DNA from: an uncultured Actinomycetota bacterium
GTDB lineage: Bacteria > Actinomycetota > Humimicrobiia > Humimicrobiales > Humimicrobiaceae
Direction of reading: 5' to 3'
DNA length: 64,000 nt
NCBI GenBank assembly: GCA_964517765.1
Contig: CAZFEN010000003.1
Span: 15,880-79,879, forward strand
Positions within the stretch are counted from its first letter, which is position 1, and every line of letters starts with the position of its first letter. Shown one piece after another: positions 22,297 to 31,649 of this stretch. Made by a program: the position numbers and the translations under genes. The notes beneath the pieces are model-generated. The model was not told the origin of the DNA. It searched no databases and saw nothing but the letters and a program-made list of their open reading frames with translations.

Positions 22297-22325
22297 TTGA
22301 TAATAATCCGGATAAATTGTATTAT
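22297..22325 (+). promoter_or_regulatory. tRNA-Leu promoter TTGATA-17-TATTAT (extended -10 TG)
   Basis: 17-nt spacer; -10 ends 8 nt before the tRNA 5' end. Confidence 0.6.
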
Positions 22326-22333
22326 TTTAGAGC

Positions 22334-22422
22334 GCCGAAGTGGCGGAACTGGCAGACGCGCTGGACTCAAAATCCAGTGGACCGCGAGGTTCGTGTCGGT
22401 TCGACCCCGACCTTCGGCACCA
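22334..22422 (+). tRNA. tRNA-Leu (CAA)
   Basis: Acceptor stem GCCGAAG/CTTCGGC, anticodon arm CTGGA-CTCAAAA-TCCAG, long variable arm, T-loop GGTTCGA, encoded CCA. Confidence 0.97.
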
Positions 22423-22434
22423 TAACAATCTTTT

Positions 22435-23409
22435 TCATAGAGCAAGTATATGAGCAAGTTTATATAATTCCTTGTCTATACCTTTTTTTATCTCAAAAAT
22501 ATCTTCGAATTTAGATGTTTCTATTTTCATACTTTTAATACCGACCATACAGTCACTCTCACCTTCCAGTAAGAGGTCTACTGCTTTTTTGCCAAATTCC
22601 GCTGCAAGTATCCTATCCAGAGCAGAAGGAGAACCTCCCCTCTGTATATGGCCAAGTACCGATACTCTGACTTCATGACCTACTAGTAATTTTATAGAGG
22701 AAGCGACATCACCTGCACTGCATACTCCCTCGGATACTATTATCAGCGTATGCCTCTTACCTTCTCTATGGTTTTTTATATCTTTTGCAATCTTGACCAG
22801 GTCGACTTTTATTTCAGGAATTAGTATGTAATCGGCTCCACATGCAATCCCTGTATTGACTGCTATTATTCCCGATTCTCTTCCCATAACCTCTACTACG
22901 AATATTCTTTCATGAGAAGATGCGGTATCTCTGATTTTAGAGATTATACCGATTATTACATTAAGTGCCGTATCAAAACCTATGCTATTGTCGGTCCCTG
23001 CAATATCGTTATCTATTGTAGCAGGAATTCCAACCACCTGGACTCCCTGTCCGTGGAGATCATGGGCTCCTTTGAAAGATCCGTCTCCGCCAACAACAAT
23101 CAGCCCTTCTATTTTGTTTTTTTTCAAATTGGCTATAGCCTTTTCCTGCCCTTCTCTGCATTTGAATTCTTCCGACCTTGCAGAATAAAGGAAAGTGCCG
23201 CCTCTATCTATGATTCCTCCTACCGAATTTAGATCCAGTACCGCAAAATCGTTAGCAATCAGTCCCTTATATCCTTCGTAAAATCCATAAACATCCAGCT
23301 TGCAATATATCGCATATCTGGTAACCGTTCTTATAACAGCATTCATCCCGCTTGCATCTCCACCACTTGTTAAAAGTGCGATTCTTCTTTTTTCACCCAC
23401 AGCGTTCAC
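22435..23409 (-). CDS. pfkA: ATP-dependent 6-phosphofructokinase
   Basis: 'LTSGGDASGMN', 'GGDGS' (ATP-type), 'PATIDND', 'EVMGR', 'LGHIQRGG'. Confidence 0.95.
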   Translation of the reverse strand: MNAVGEKRRIALLTSGGDASGMNAVIRTVTRYAIYCKLDVYGFYEGYKGLIANDFAVLDLNSVGGIIDRGGTFLYSARSEEFKCREGQEKAIANLKKNKIEGLIVVGGDGSFKGAHDLHGQGVQVVGIPATIDNDIAGTDNSIGFDTALNVIIGIISKIRDTASSHERIFVVEVMGRESGIIAVNTGIACGADYILIPEIKVDLVKIAKDIKNHREGKRHTLIIVSEGVCSAGDVASSIKLLVGHEVRVSVLGHIQRGGSPSALDRILAAEFGKKAVDLLLEGESDCMVGIKSMKIETSKFEDIFEIKKGIDKELYKLAHILAL

Positions 23410-23413
23410 TCCT

Positions 23414-24070
23414 TTACTTTCTTCTGCTTTTTAATTCGCCAAATACTTCTTCGAGGGTAATCTTTTTTTCAACCATCAGTACCAGTAAATGATAGATCAT
23501 ATCAGATATTTCGTTTATCATATCCTTCTTGCCCTGGTGTTTCGAAGACAGAACAACTTCCATGCTTTCTTCTCCGAATTTCTTTATTATTTCATCCAGT
23601 CCTTTTTTATGAAGCGAATATGTATATGAATCCGAAATTTTATTTCTTATTCTTCCTTCTATAACGCTATATAACTCGTCCAGTATATTCTCTTTTGAGC
23701 TTTCCTTGAAATATCTATCAAAATCCAGATCCTTCTCGATATCTTTAAGTTTTCTGTAAAAGCAGCTTTTATTTCCTGTATGGCAGGCATTTCCTACCTG
23801 TTCCACACTGACAAGCAGAGAATTTCCATAACAATCATATTTTATACTTTTTATTTTCTGTATGTTCCCGGATGATTCGCCTTTTTTCCACAAGCTTCTT
23901 CTGGTTCTGCTCCAGAACCATGTAAATCCGGTATCCAGACTTTTTGCCAGGGATTGCCTGCTCATATATGCAAGCATAAGAACCTCACCTGTCTTATGAT
24001 CCTGAATAATGGCCGGGACCAGACCAATTTTATCGTTATTTTCTTTGCCGGTTTTATTATTTTTTTTCAT
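23414..24070 (-). CDS. hisIE: Bifunctional phosphoribosyl-AMP cyclohydrolase / phosphoribosyl-ATP pyrophosphatase
   Basis: 'VLMLAYM', 'WKKGESSG', 'ACHTG..SCF', HisE 'KKFGEE'; the DCDxD motif is altered to DCYGN. Confidence 0.92.
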   Translation of the reverse strand: MKKNNKTGKENNDKIGLVPAIIQDHKTGEVLMLAYMSRQSLAKSLDTGFTWFWSRTRRSLWKKGESSGNIQKIKSIKYDCYGNSLLVSVEQVGNACHTGNKSCFYRKLKDIEKDLDFDRYFKESSKENILDELYSVIEGRIRNKISDSYTYSLHKKGLDEIIKKFGEESMEVVLSSKHQGKKDMINEISDMIYHLLVLMVEKKITLEEVFGELKSRRK

Positions 24071-24107
24071 AATATCAATTCATCCATTTATTTTAATATT
24101 TTTTTAT

Positions 24108-24866
24108 TTAAAGCCTTACATTTATCCCTTCGGATTTTAAATATTCCTTTGCTTCCCTTATCGTATTCTGTAGATAGTGAAAAATAGATGCAACAAGAAC
24201 TGCATCGGCACCGGCATATTTTATTACATCTTTTAAGTGTTCCAGTTTCCCTGCACCGCCCGAAGCTATAACAGGAATATTTACTATAGAAGTTACCCCT
24301 CCTGTAAGTTCGATATCATAACCATCCTTTGTTCCATCCCTGTCCATGCTTGTAAGAAGAATCTCACCGGCACCCAGTTCTTCTGCTTTTTTTGCCCATT
24401 CGAATACATTCATACCTGTAGGGGTCCTCCCTCCATTTATATATACTTCCCAGAAATTTTTACCTCTCTTCTTTGCATCTATTGCGATCACTATGCACTG
24501 ACTTCCAAAGATCCCGGATGCCCTGCTTATCAGAGAGGGGTCTTCGACTGCGGCAGTATTTATAGAGATCTTATCCGCACCTTTTTTTAATATCTCGCGT
24601 ATATGCTCTATCTTGCTTATACCTCCTCCTATAGTATATGGTATAAACACTTTTTTAGCAGTTTTACTGGCAAGATCGACTACTGTTCCTCTTTTTTCAT
24701 GAGAAGCAGTTATATCCAGAAACACTATTTCATCAGCGCCTTCTCTATCATAAAAAGCTGCAAGTTCCACAGGATCACCTGCATCTTTTATGTCTATAAA
24801 ATGAATCCCTTTTACAACCCTGCCCTTGTCTACATCCAGACATGGGATTATTCTTTTAGTTATCAT
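24108..24866 (-). CDS. hisF: Imidazole glycerol phosphate synthase subunit HisF
   Basis: 'RIIPCLDV', 'FLDITAS', '[12 protein letters not shown]', 'ASGGAG'; start re-set to ATG 24866. Confidence 0.97.
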   Translation of the reverse strand: MITKRIIPCLDVDKGRVVKGIHFIDIKDAGDPVELAAFYDREGADEIVFLDITASHEKRGTVVDLASKTAKKVFIPYTIGGGISKIEHIREILKKGADKISINTAAVEDPSLISRASGIFGSQCIVIAIDAKKRGKNFWEVYINGGRTPTGMNVFEWAKKAEELGAGEILLTSMDRDGTKDGYDIELTGGVTSIVNIPVIASGGAGKLEHLKDVIKYAGADAVLVASIFHYLQNTIREAKEYLKSEGINVRL

Positions 24867-25602
24867 CTTTTTGAGCTCCAATCCTTATTGCTTCCCTTAA
24901 ATTGATTTTATTTTCCCCTTCATATAATGCTTTTCCTATTATCACACCGGCAATACCCATGTTCTCGATTTCCTTTAGATTGATGATATCCTCGATCCTG
25001 CCTATACCTCCGGCAATTATAAATTTCATTCCGGAACTTTTTAAAATTTTTTTAATAAATTTTAGATTAACTCCCTCCAGCGTCCCGTCTCTTGATATAT
25101 CGGTAACAATAACCTCGTTTGCACCTGACCGTTCCACTTTTTTTATTGATTCAAAAATACTATTTGCCGATTCTTTCTGCCAGCCGTTTTTAAATACCAT
25201 CCCGTTTATACCATAATCAAGACTAATTATAACCTTATTTTTATAACCGGAGACGCATTTTTTAAGGAAATCCATATCTTCTATGGCTCTGGTTCCCAGT
25301 ATGACCTTATCTATACCATCATCAAGAACATCTCGTATTGTCTCATAATCCCTTATTCCACCGCCATATTGTATTTTTATATCTATTTTTTGTTTTATTT
25401 TAAGTGCAGCGTTTAGATTCTGATGCTTTCCGGTCCGTGCGCCATCCAGATCGATTACATGCAGCCATTCAGCACCTTCCTGCTTCCATTTTTCGGCAGC
25501 TTTCACCGGATCATCAAAATATTTCTTCAGTGTTCCGAAACTGCCCCCTGTCAGTCTCACACATGCACCATTTATTAGATCTATTGCAGGTATTATGGTC
25601 AC
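24856..25602 (-). CDS. hisA: ProFAR isomerase HisA
   Basis: 'IIPAIDL', 'LHVIDLDGA', 'QYGGGIR', 'TDISRDGTL'; GTG 25602 overlaps the hisH stop (GTGA). Confidence 0.95.
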   Translation of the reverse strand: MTIIPAIDLINGACVRLTGGSFGTLKKYFDDPVKAAEKWKQEGAEWLHVIDLDGARTGKHQNLNAALKIKQKIDIKIQYGGGIRDYETIRDVLDDGIDKVILGTRAIEDMDFLKKCVSGYKNKVIISLDYGINGMVFKNGWQKESANSIFESIKKVERSGANEVIVTDISRDGTLEGVNLKFIKKILKSSGMKFIIAGGIGRIEDIINLKEIENMGIAGVIIGKALYEGENKINLREAIRIGAQKDDN

Positions 25603-26219
25603 GATCTTCCTTCCCTTGCCATGGTCCAAAAGTTTTCCAGGACCTTTAAACCATCCATACTGCTTTTTTCCGGATGAAATTGGAATCCGTAAATATTTTC
25701 ATATTCGATACTTGCCGTTATTTTCATTCCGTAATCAGCCGTACTGCTTATAATGCTTTTATTTTGCGGAATCACATGATAGGAATGAACAAAATAAAAA
25801 TTTTTTTCCTCCTCTATTCCGTAAAATATTTTACTTTCTTTTTTTAATATATTTAATTGGTTCCATCCTATATGCGGTACTTTAACGACAGAAGGTATCT
25901 TTTCGACAGAACCTTCCAATATGCCAAGTCCTGTGTTTCTGCCATTTTCCAGGCTATATTCAAACAGCAGCTGCATCCCGAGGCATATTCCCAGAAAGAT
26001 TTTCTTCCGTATATTATCTTTTAAGGTTTCTATAATGCCCAATTTCTCAAGATTTTTATATGCATCCCTGTACGCACCCACACCTGGAAGTATCAATGCT
26101 CCGGCATTGTTTATGTCTTTTATATTGCTCGTCACCTTTATATCGGCACCAACTTTTTTAAAAGCATTTTCCACGCTGCTGATATTTCCCATATTGTAAT
26201 TTATGATTGCGATATACAT
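25599..26219 (-). CDS. hisH: Imidazole glycerol phosphate synthase glutaminase HisH
   Basis: 'LPGVGA', 'GICLGMQLL', 'PHIGWN', 'QFHPEKS'. Confidence 0.96.
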   Translation of the reverse strand: MYIAIINYNMGNISSVENAFKKVGADIKVTSNIKDINNAGALILPGVGAYRDAYKNLEKLGIIETLKDNIRKKIFLGICLGMQLLFEYSLENGRNTGLGILEGSVEKIPSVVKVPHIGWNQLNILKKESKIFYGIEEEKNFYFVHSYHVIPQNKSIISSTADYGMKITASIEYENIYGFQFHPEKSSMDGLKVLENFWTMAREGRS

Positions 26220-26300
26220 TTTTACTCCATTGCGTCACAAACCGCTACTTTATTTCTTGATTTATAAATAAGTACTGATTTTCCGAACCGATATCTGCTC

Positions 26301-26885
26301 TTATATTATACCTTTGGTCGAAGGTACGGTATCTGTACCCGATAATCTGGTCGCATCATACAGCGCTATACCAAAAGCCTTGAAGATTGCTTCTACTATA
26401 TGATGGGAGTTCAATCCGGTGTTTTTATTTATGTGAAGATTAATAAAGCTATTGCTGGTAAGAGCCCTGAAAAACTCTTCTACCATAATAGTTTCCATCC
26501 CATCAATTTTTTCATAATCCATATCCACATTGTATTTAAGATAAGCTCTTCCGCCTGTATCGATAGATATTGCTATTTCCGTTTCATCCATAGGTAATAA
26601 AATGTATCCGAATCTTTTTATCCCGCTTTTATTTTTTAAGCAGTCAAAAATAGCTTTGCCCAGGCAAATACCCACATCCTCTATCAGATGATGACTGCCC
26701 ACCTTCAAATCACCTGAGGCCCTGAGTTTCATATCAAACTTGCCATGTCTTATAAAACTTTCCAGTATATGATTAAAAAAAGGTATAGAAGTCTCGATAT
26801 CAGATTTCCCGCTGCCATCCAGGTCAAATTCAAGCTTAATATCGGTTTCTTTTGTCTTTCTGATTATTTTTGTTTTTCTTTCCAT
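26301..26885 (-). CDS. hisB: Imidazoleglycerol-phosphate dehydratase
   Basis: 'RKTKETDI', 'HHLIEDVGI', 'PMDE', 'NSHHIVEAIFKAFG', 'PSTKG'. Confidence 0.96.
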   Translation of the reverse strand: MERKTKIIRKTKETDIKLEFDLDGSGKSDIETSIPFFNHILESFIRHGKFDMKLRASGDLKVGSHHLIEDVGICLGKAIFDCLKNKSGIKRFGYILLPMDETEIAISIDTGGRAYLKYNVDMDYEKIDGMETIMVEEFFRALTSNSFINLHINKNTGLNSHHIVEAIFKAFGIALYDATRLSGTDTVPSTKGII

Positions 26886-26889
26886 TATT

Positions 26890-27537
26890 TCATTTTATTA
26901 CATTTTTAATTTTATTCATAAATTTACTTATTAAATCATATTTGACCCTGTAACTCGTAATATTTGCAATCAGTCTTGTAGTTGAAACAATAACTTCTTC
27001 CATTTCCATTAAATCATTCTCCTCCAGAGTTTTACCCGAAGCTGTAATATCCAGTATCTCATCGGCAATTCCTAAGGCAGGCGCCAGTTCTACCGAACCA
27101 TAAAGTTTGATTATTTCTACCTGCATTCCCTTGCTGTCAAAATATTTTTTTGTAATATTGGGGTAGCTTGTTGCAACTCTTATAGAGCCAAAATGTCTGT
27201 ACTTCTCTTTTACTTTTTCCAGGTTGTCCTTTAGAGTAGCGAGGACTATCCTGCATTCTCCATTTTTCAGGTCAAGTAATTCATACACTTTGCTTTCTTT
27301 TTCCATCAGCATATCCTTACCCGAAAAGCCTATATCGCATGCGCCGTGTTCCACATAAACCGGAACATCCATGGGACGCGATATTATATATTGTATTGCA
27401 TCCTCTCCGGAATATACGGAAAGCTTTCTGTTATTTTCCATCAGGGATTTTACTTCAAATCCCGCTCTGCTTAATATATCCAAACACTTATCAAATAAAT
27501 AGCCTTTTGGGATTGCAATCTTAAATCCTTTTTTCAT
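26890..27537 (-). CDS. hisG: ATP phosphoribosyltransferase, short form
   Basis: 215 aa; 'IAIPKG', 'DVPVYVEHG', 'GSVELAP'; adjacent to hisZ. Confidence 0.95.
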   Translation of the reverse strand: MKKGFKIAIPKGYLFDKCLDILSRAGFEVKSLMENNRKLSVYSGEDAIQYIISRPMDVPVYVEHGACDIGFSGKDMLMEKESKVYELLDLKNGECRIVLATLKDNLEKVKEKYRHFGSIRVATSYPNITKKYFDSKGMQVEIIKLYGSVELAPALGIADEILDITASGKTLEENDLMEMEEVIVSTTRLIANITSYRVKYDLISKFMNKIKNVIK

Positions 27538-28801
27538 CTTTCATCTCTTTTAAGAATTCGGTTATTGTTTTAACTTTCGTCATGTTATTTTTAAGATCTT
27601 TTATCTTTACATTTTTTAGGTCCTGTTTAAATTCAACAATCAAATCGCAATTCTTTTCTCTGGCAAAATTTTCATAATCAGGTATGTCTTCAAAAGATAA
27701 TTCGACTATGATACCATCATCCCGCAATTTGCCCGCTAATCCTATCAATTCCGCAGCATTAACATTTTTTACACCTATTATTAAAATCTTTAATTTTCCC
27801 TTTAGTTCTATTTCGTTAACCGCTTTGTGTACCAGATCTATATCCAGTGCAAATCCGGTTGCAGGAACGTCCAATCCGAATTTTTTTATCAGTCCGTCAT
27901 ATCTCCCGCCGCTGCCTATTATATCGGTTATATTCGCTTGATAAACCTCGAATAAAAGCCCTGTATAATAATCAAAATCTCTTATGATACTGAAATCGGT
28001 TACGAGGCATCCTTCATAATCAAGTCCCTTTAAAATACCGTATATTTCTTTTATGTAATTCAGGCTTTTAATTACTTTTTTTTCCTTTATTCCTGAAACC
28101 ATATCGGATATTTTTTCGATACTGCTCTCCGGCTGTATCAATTTCAAAAAAATTTTTGCTTTGACTTTATTTTTCTTGCTTAGAAAATTTTCCAATGCCA
28201 CAAAGTCTTTCGCAACTATTTTCTTCCTTATGTGTTCCCTGTCTTTCATATCCAGTTCAAACCAGTCGAACAATCCCTCTATAAATCCAATGTGTCCTAA
28301 ACCTATTTTATAATCACGTAAATTCAGTCCGTCTAAAATATTTATTAATATGACCAGAATTTCTACATCTGACATTAAGGCATTCGAAGAGCCGATAAAC
28401 TCGATGCCTGCCTGATTGTAAACTCTACTTACACCCTTTTGTATATCGGATTGCCGGAAAGAATCTGCAAAATAACAAAATCTTACCGGGAGCTGATTTC
28501 TTTTTATTCGCATTCCCGTAAGTCTTGCCACCGGTATAGTCATGTCGGTTCTGAGAGATACCGGACTTCCGTCGACATCAAAAAAATTGATCAACTTATC
28601 TTTCCAATTTTTACCTGCTCCGATTGAAATATTTTTTGTAAATTCGATTATAGGAGTGTAAACTTCACCATAACCCCACAATTTGAACTTTCTTGCGATA
28701 ATTTCTTTTATCCTATTTCTTTCTTCTATCTCAAAGGGGAATATATCTCTTAATCCGAAAGGTAACCTTACGATCTGGCTATCTTTTTTATTCTCAAACA
28801 T
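27521..28801 (-). CDS. hisZ: ATP phosphoribosyltransferase regulatory subunit
   Basis: HisRS-like: 'LPFGLRD', 'LRTDMTIPVAR', 'QAGIEFIG', 'FDYYTG', 'GGRYDGL'; directly upstream of short hisG. Confidence 0.9.
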   Translation of the reverse strand: MFENKKDSQIVRLPFGLRDIFPFEIEERNRIKEIIARKFKLWGYGEVYTPIIEFTKNISIGAGKNWKDKLINFFDVDGSPVSLRTDMTIPVARLTGMRIKRNQLPVRFCYFADSFRQSDIQKGVSRVYNQAGIEFIGSSNALMSDVEILVILINILDGLNLRDYKIGLGHIGFIEGLFDWFELDMKDREHIRKKIVAKDFVALENFLSKKNKVKAKIFLKLIQPESSIEKISDMVSGIKEKKVIKSLNYIKEIYGILKGLDYEGCLVTDFSIIRDFDYYTGLLFEVYQANITDIIGSGGRYDGLIKKFGLDVPATGFALDIDLVHKAVNEIELKGKLKILIIGVKNVNAAELIGLAGKLRDDGIIVELSFEDIPDYENFAREKNCDLIVEFKQDLKNVKIKDLKNNMTKVKTITEFLKEMKDEKRI

Positions 28802-28871
28802 TTTTTACGGACCCCCGGGATTTATATATAAAGTAAGTATTTTATCATACTACAATGTTTTAAAAAAAGGT

Positions 28872-30515
28872 TTAATTTTCAAAAATTTCAGGTATCCTGC
28901 TCAATCTGTCTTTTTCCGATATGGGCCTGCATTTTTCATCCACGGCTACACATTTACCATTCAAAAACATGGTTCTAATCGTTCCCTTTGCCGCCCTGAC
29001 TCCGAATAAATGCGGAGCATCCAAAACACCTGACCTTATTGCTTTTGAGATTACTGCCGGAGAAATCAAAGGATCTTTGATTTTTTTATCTCTGCCCAGC
29101 ATCTTTATCTTATCTATGATTAACTTTGCATCTGCAATCAATTCGGCTTTTCTTTCTTTTACCATTTTATCTGTCTTCATATCGGGACAGCCGTATAAAC
29201 AATTTTCAATGACCTTTCTGGCTATTTTTACACTTGCTATAATATCTTCCGGTCTGGCAGCATGGTCCGCTTCACAATACGCAACGACATGAATAATGTC
29301 AGGGTCAAGCTGCATTTGAAGAAAAGTAGAAGAAGCGAGCTGTCCTTTACTTTTATTAAAATCGGCAGGGTAGCTGTATAATCCGGCTCTTGTCTGCCTG
29401 ATAGTCGTAAAATTATTATCATGAAGAGATTCTATGAGTTCCGTTTTGGCAAGCATTTTAGCCAGATCCATTACAAACGATGTCTCGGGTGGAGTATTAA
29501 ACATATATTGAGAAATATAAGTTTTTACTTCCATCATTTTAGCATTGTAAGCAGCAATATATGCCGCTGCCACAGCAATAGAATCAGGCGAATACCTCAG
29601 ACTCCAGTGATGGGATTCGTTGACTTCTACAGGAACATTTCTTTCTGCATGCCATTTCATTACTGCTTGATTTTCGGCTATCGACTGCTCTAATTCTCTT
29701 CCGCTTCTATTATCGAGCTCATTGTACCAGCAAAGCGGAACGGCACACCATGCATTATTTATATTTTCCAGAAGCACCTTTGCCATTCTCAAAATATCAT
29801 TTGTGCCGCTGTAACATCTCATCAACGGATAGTTGCCGGTTCTAGATGCGAGATATAGATTTTTAAAATCTTTCTCACTTCTTAAAGGAACTCCTCCTGC
29901 CCCATCCTGTCCGGGATCCATTTTGTCCTGATGGAAAAAAAATTCCTGAGTATTCTGATCCGGACCAATGGATATCACATCCAGCACCCCGCTGAGCGAG
30001 ATCTCTTTTATTCCTTTCACGGTTTCATCAAGAGTCGGCCTGCCGAAATGATGCCGTATCACGGGAAAAGGTTTGTTGTATTTGATTCTCTCTAAAATAT
30101 TTTGAGGGGGGATCTTACCTTTTGTAAATACCTTCTTTTTACCTAAAAATTCTTCGATTTCCTCTATGCTTTCTTCACCGGTAAAAATAACATCAAAAAT
30201 ACCAAGTTTTTTTGCAACTTCTGCAACGGGCTTTGTACTTCCCAGTATAAACACTTTTTTTGATGGATATGGTTCATTGATTACTTTCTTTTTCAATTCC
30301 TTAAATACTGGCATGACGCTCTCCGGTGAAAGCCGATAGCTTACAGCTACTATATCAGGATCATACTCATCTATTTTCTGCTTCAAATAATCGATTTTAC
30401 ACGCAGAGCCTAAAAACATGGTATTATAGCCATGTTTATCGGATAAGTTTAAGAAATTCAAGATCCCTGCCACATGTACACAGCTGCCAATACAGGCACC
30501 GAGTATTTTTTTCAT
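28872..30515 (-). CDS. Cobalamin-binding protein: N-terminal B12 domain fused to a glutamate-mutase-E-like domain; substrate unknown
   Basis: Base-off His motif 'CVHVAG' followed by 'VSYRL' and 'LGS'; C-terminal segments ('YPADFNKSKGQL', 'YCEA', 'KAIRSGVLDAP') recall GlmE. Confidence 0.7.
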   Translation of the reverse strand: MKKILGACIGSCVHVAGILNFLNLSDKHGYNTMFLGSACKIDYLKQKIDEYDPDIVAVSYRLSPESVMPVFKELKKKVINEPYPSKKVFILGSTKPVAEVAKKLGIFDVIFTGEESIEEIEEFLGKKKVFTKGKIPPQNILERIKYNKPFPVIRHHFGRPTLDETVKGIKEISLSGVLDVISIGPDQNTQEFFFHQDKMDPGQDGAGGVPLRSEKDFKNLYLASRTGNYPLMRCYSGTNDILRMAKVLLENINNAWCAVPLCWYNELDNRSGRELEQSIAENQAVMKWHAERNVPVEVNESHHWSLRYSPDSIAVAAAYIAAYNAKMMEVKTYISQYMFNTPPETSFVMDLAKMLAKTELIESLHDNNFTTIRQTRAGLYSYPADFNKSKGQLASSTFLQMQLDPDIIHVVAYCEADHAARPEDIIASVKIARKVIENCLYGCPDMKTDKMVKERKAELIADAKLIIDKIKMLGRDKKIKDPLISPAVISKAIRSGVLDAPHLFGVRAAKGTIRTMFLNGKCVAVDEKCRPISEKDRLSRIPEIFEN

Positions 30516-30525
30516 AACTTTATAA

Positions 30526-31629
30526 TTACTTTTTTCCTTTTGTTAGAATATCTCTTATCTCATCCAGATTTAATCCCTCCAGGCCAAGTGTGGAAATATT
30601 CCTGCCTGTCTTTCTAAAATCCTTTTTAAATATAGAACTGGCCATATTGATAAGTGAATCGATTATTGTAGTTTTTACTTTAAGGATCTTTCCGAATTCA
30701 GAAATAGGCACCAGACTCATCGGGATATCTTCGGTTATATATCTTACATTTATAGTTATTGGAGCCATAATACCCACATAGCCGGGATTACTATGAATCG
30801 CATCGAACAGATTATCTTCAACCACATTATAAGCCATCGATAACCATTCAATAGCCGAATATATATTGGCACACTTTAATTTTCTTGCGACCAATACTCT
30901 TTCTTCATCCACTGCCTCCAGGATTTTTACTACTGACTGTGTCACACCCTCTATATAAAATTGAAAATTTCCAAGAGTAGACTCTATGCGGCTTAAGTTA
31001 AGTATGGTAATGGCAGGATGGAAAACTGCACCCATATTATTAAAACTTGTTTCAATCACGCTCCTGGCAGGGATAAACTCCGGAAATGCTTCGTTTAATC
31101 TCCTGACTACCATTTCAGTTTTTTTTGAAGATATTGCAGCTACGGGTATTGCCTGTTTTATTCTGAATATTCTTGCCGTAGCCGGACCCATACCTCTGCT
31201 TGCATAAATAAAAGTTTGTGCTTCAGCTATTGTAATATCCTTATTATTACCTTCTTTCCGTAAAACATTCAGAAATTCCAGAGCACCGCATGTTCTTCCG
31301 GGATTCAATACTACTATCTGATTCTCTTTTAGATACGGCGCACACAGGCGGGCAATAAAAGCATGGCCATTTGCCGGCACGACAACCATAATTATATCCA
31401 CGCCTTTTATTGCCTTCTCGATGTCACTGGTAATTATATTAAGTTTACCAAAACCTTTTATTTCACCTTCAAGCTCGATCCCCTTCATCTTTTTTATTGG
31501 TTGAATTCTTGAAAATGTTCTATTGTAAAGGTTTACTTTGAAACCTTTTATTGCCAGATGAGCGGCTACCGCTTTCCCACCATGACCTGCCCCTATTACT
31601 GCAAATTTTAAATCATGCATATGATTCAT
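30526..31629 (-). CDS. NAD(P)-dependent opine (octopine/nopaline) dehydrogenase family protein
   Basis: 367 aa; Rossmann 'VIGAGHGG', 'LNPGRTCGA', 'NMGAVFHP', 'RYITEDIPMSLVP'. Confidence 0.88.
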   Translation of the reverse strand: MNHMHDLKFAVIGAGHGGKAVAAHLAIKGFKVNLYNRTFSRIQPIKKMKGIELEGEIKGFGKLNIITSDIEKAIKGVDIIMVVVPANGHAFIARLCAPYLKENQIVVLNPGRTCGALEFLNVLRKEGNNKDITIAEAQTFIYASRGMGPATARIFRIKQAIPVAAISSKKTEMVVRRLNEAFPEFIPARSVIETSFNNMGAVFHPAITILNLSRIESTLGNFQFYIEGVTQSVVKILEAVDEERVLVARKLKCANIYSAIEWLSMAYNVVEDNLFDAIHSNPGYVGIMAPITINVRYITEDIPMSLVPISEFGKILKVKTTIIDSLINMASSIFKKDFRKTGRNISTLGLEGLNLDEIRDILTKGKK

Positions 31630-31649
31630 AGCTCCTTCTATTTTTTTAT

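Noticed and set aside
22239-22514. ORFs 22239-22457 (-) and 22317-22514 (+)
   Set aside because: They are translations of the tRNA-Leu gene in both orientations.
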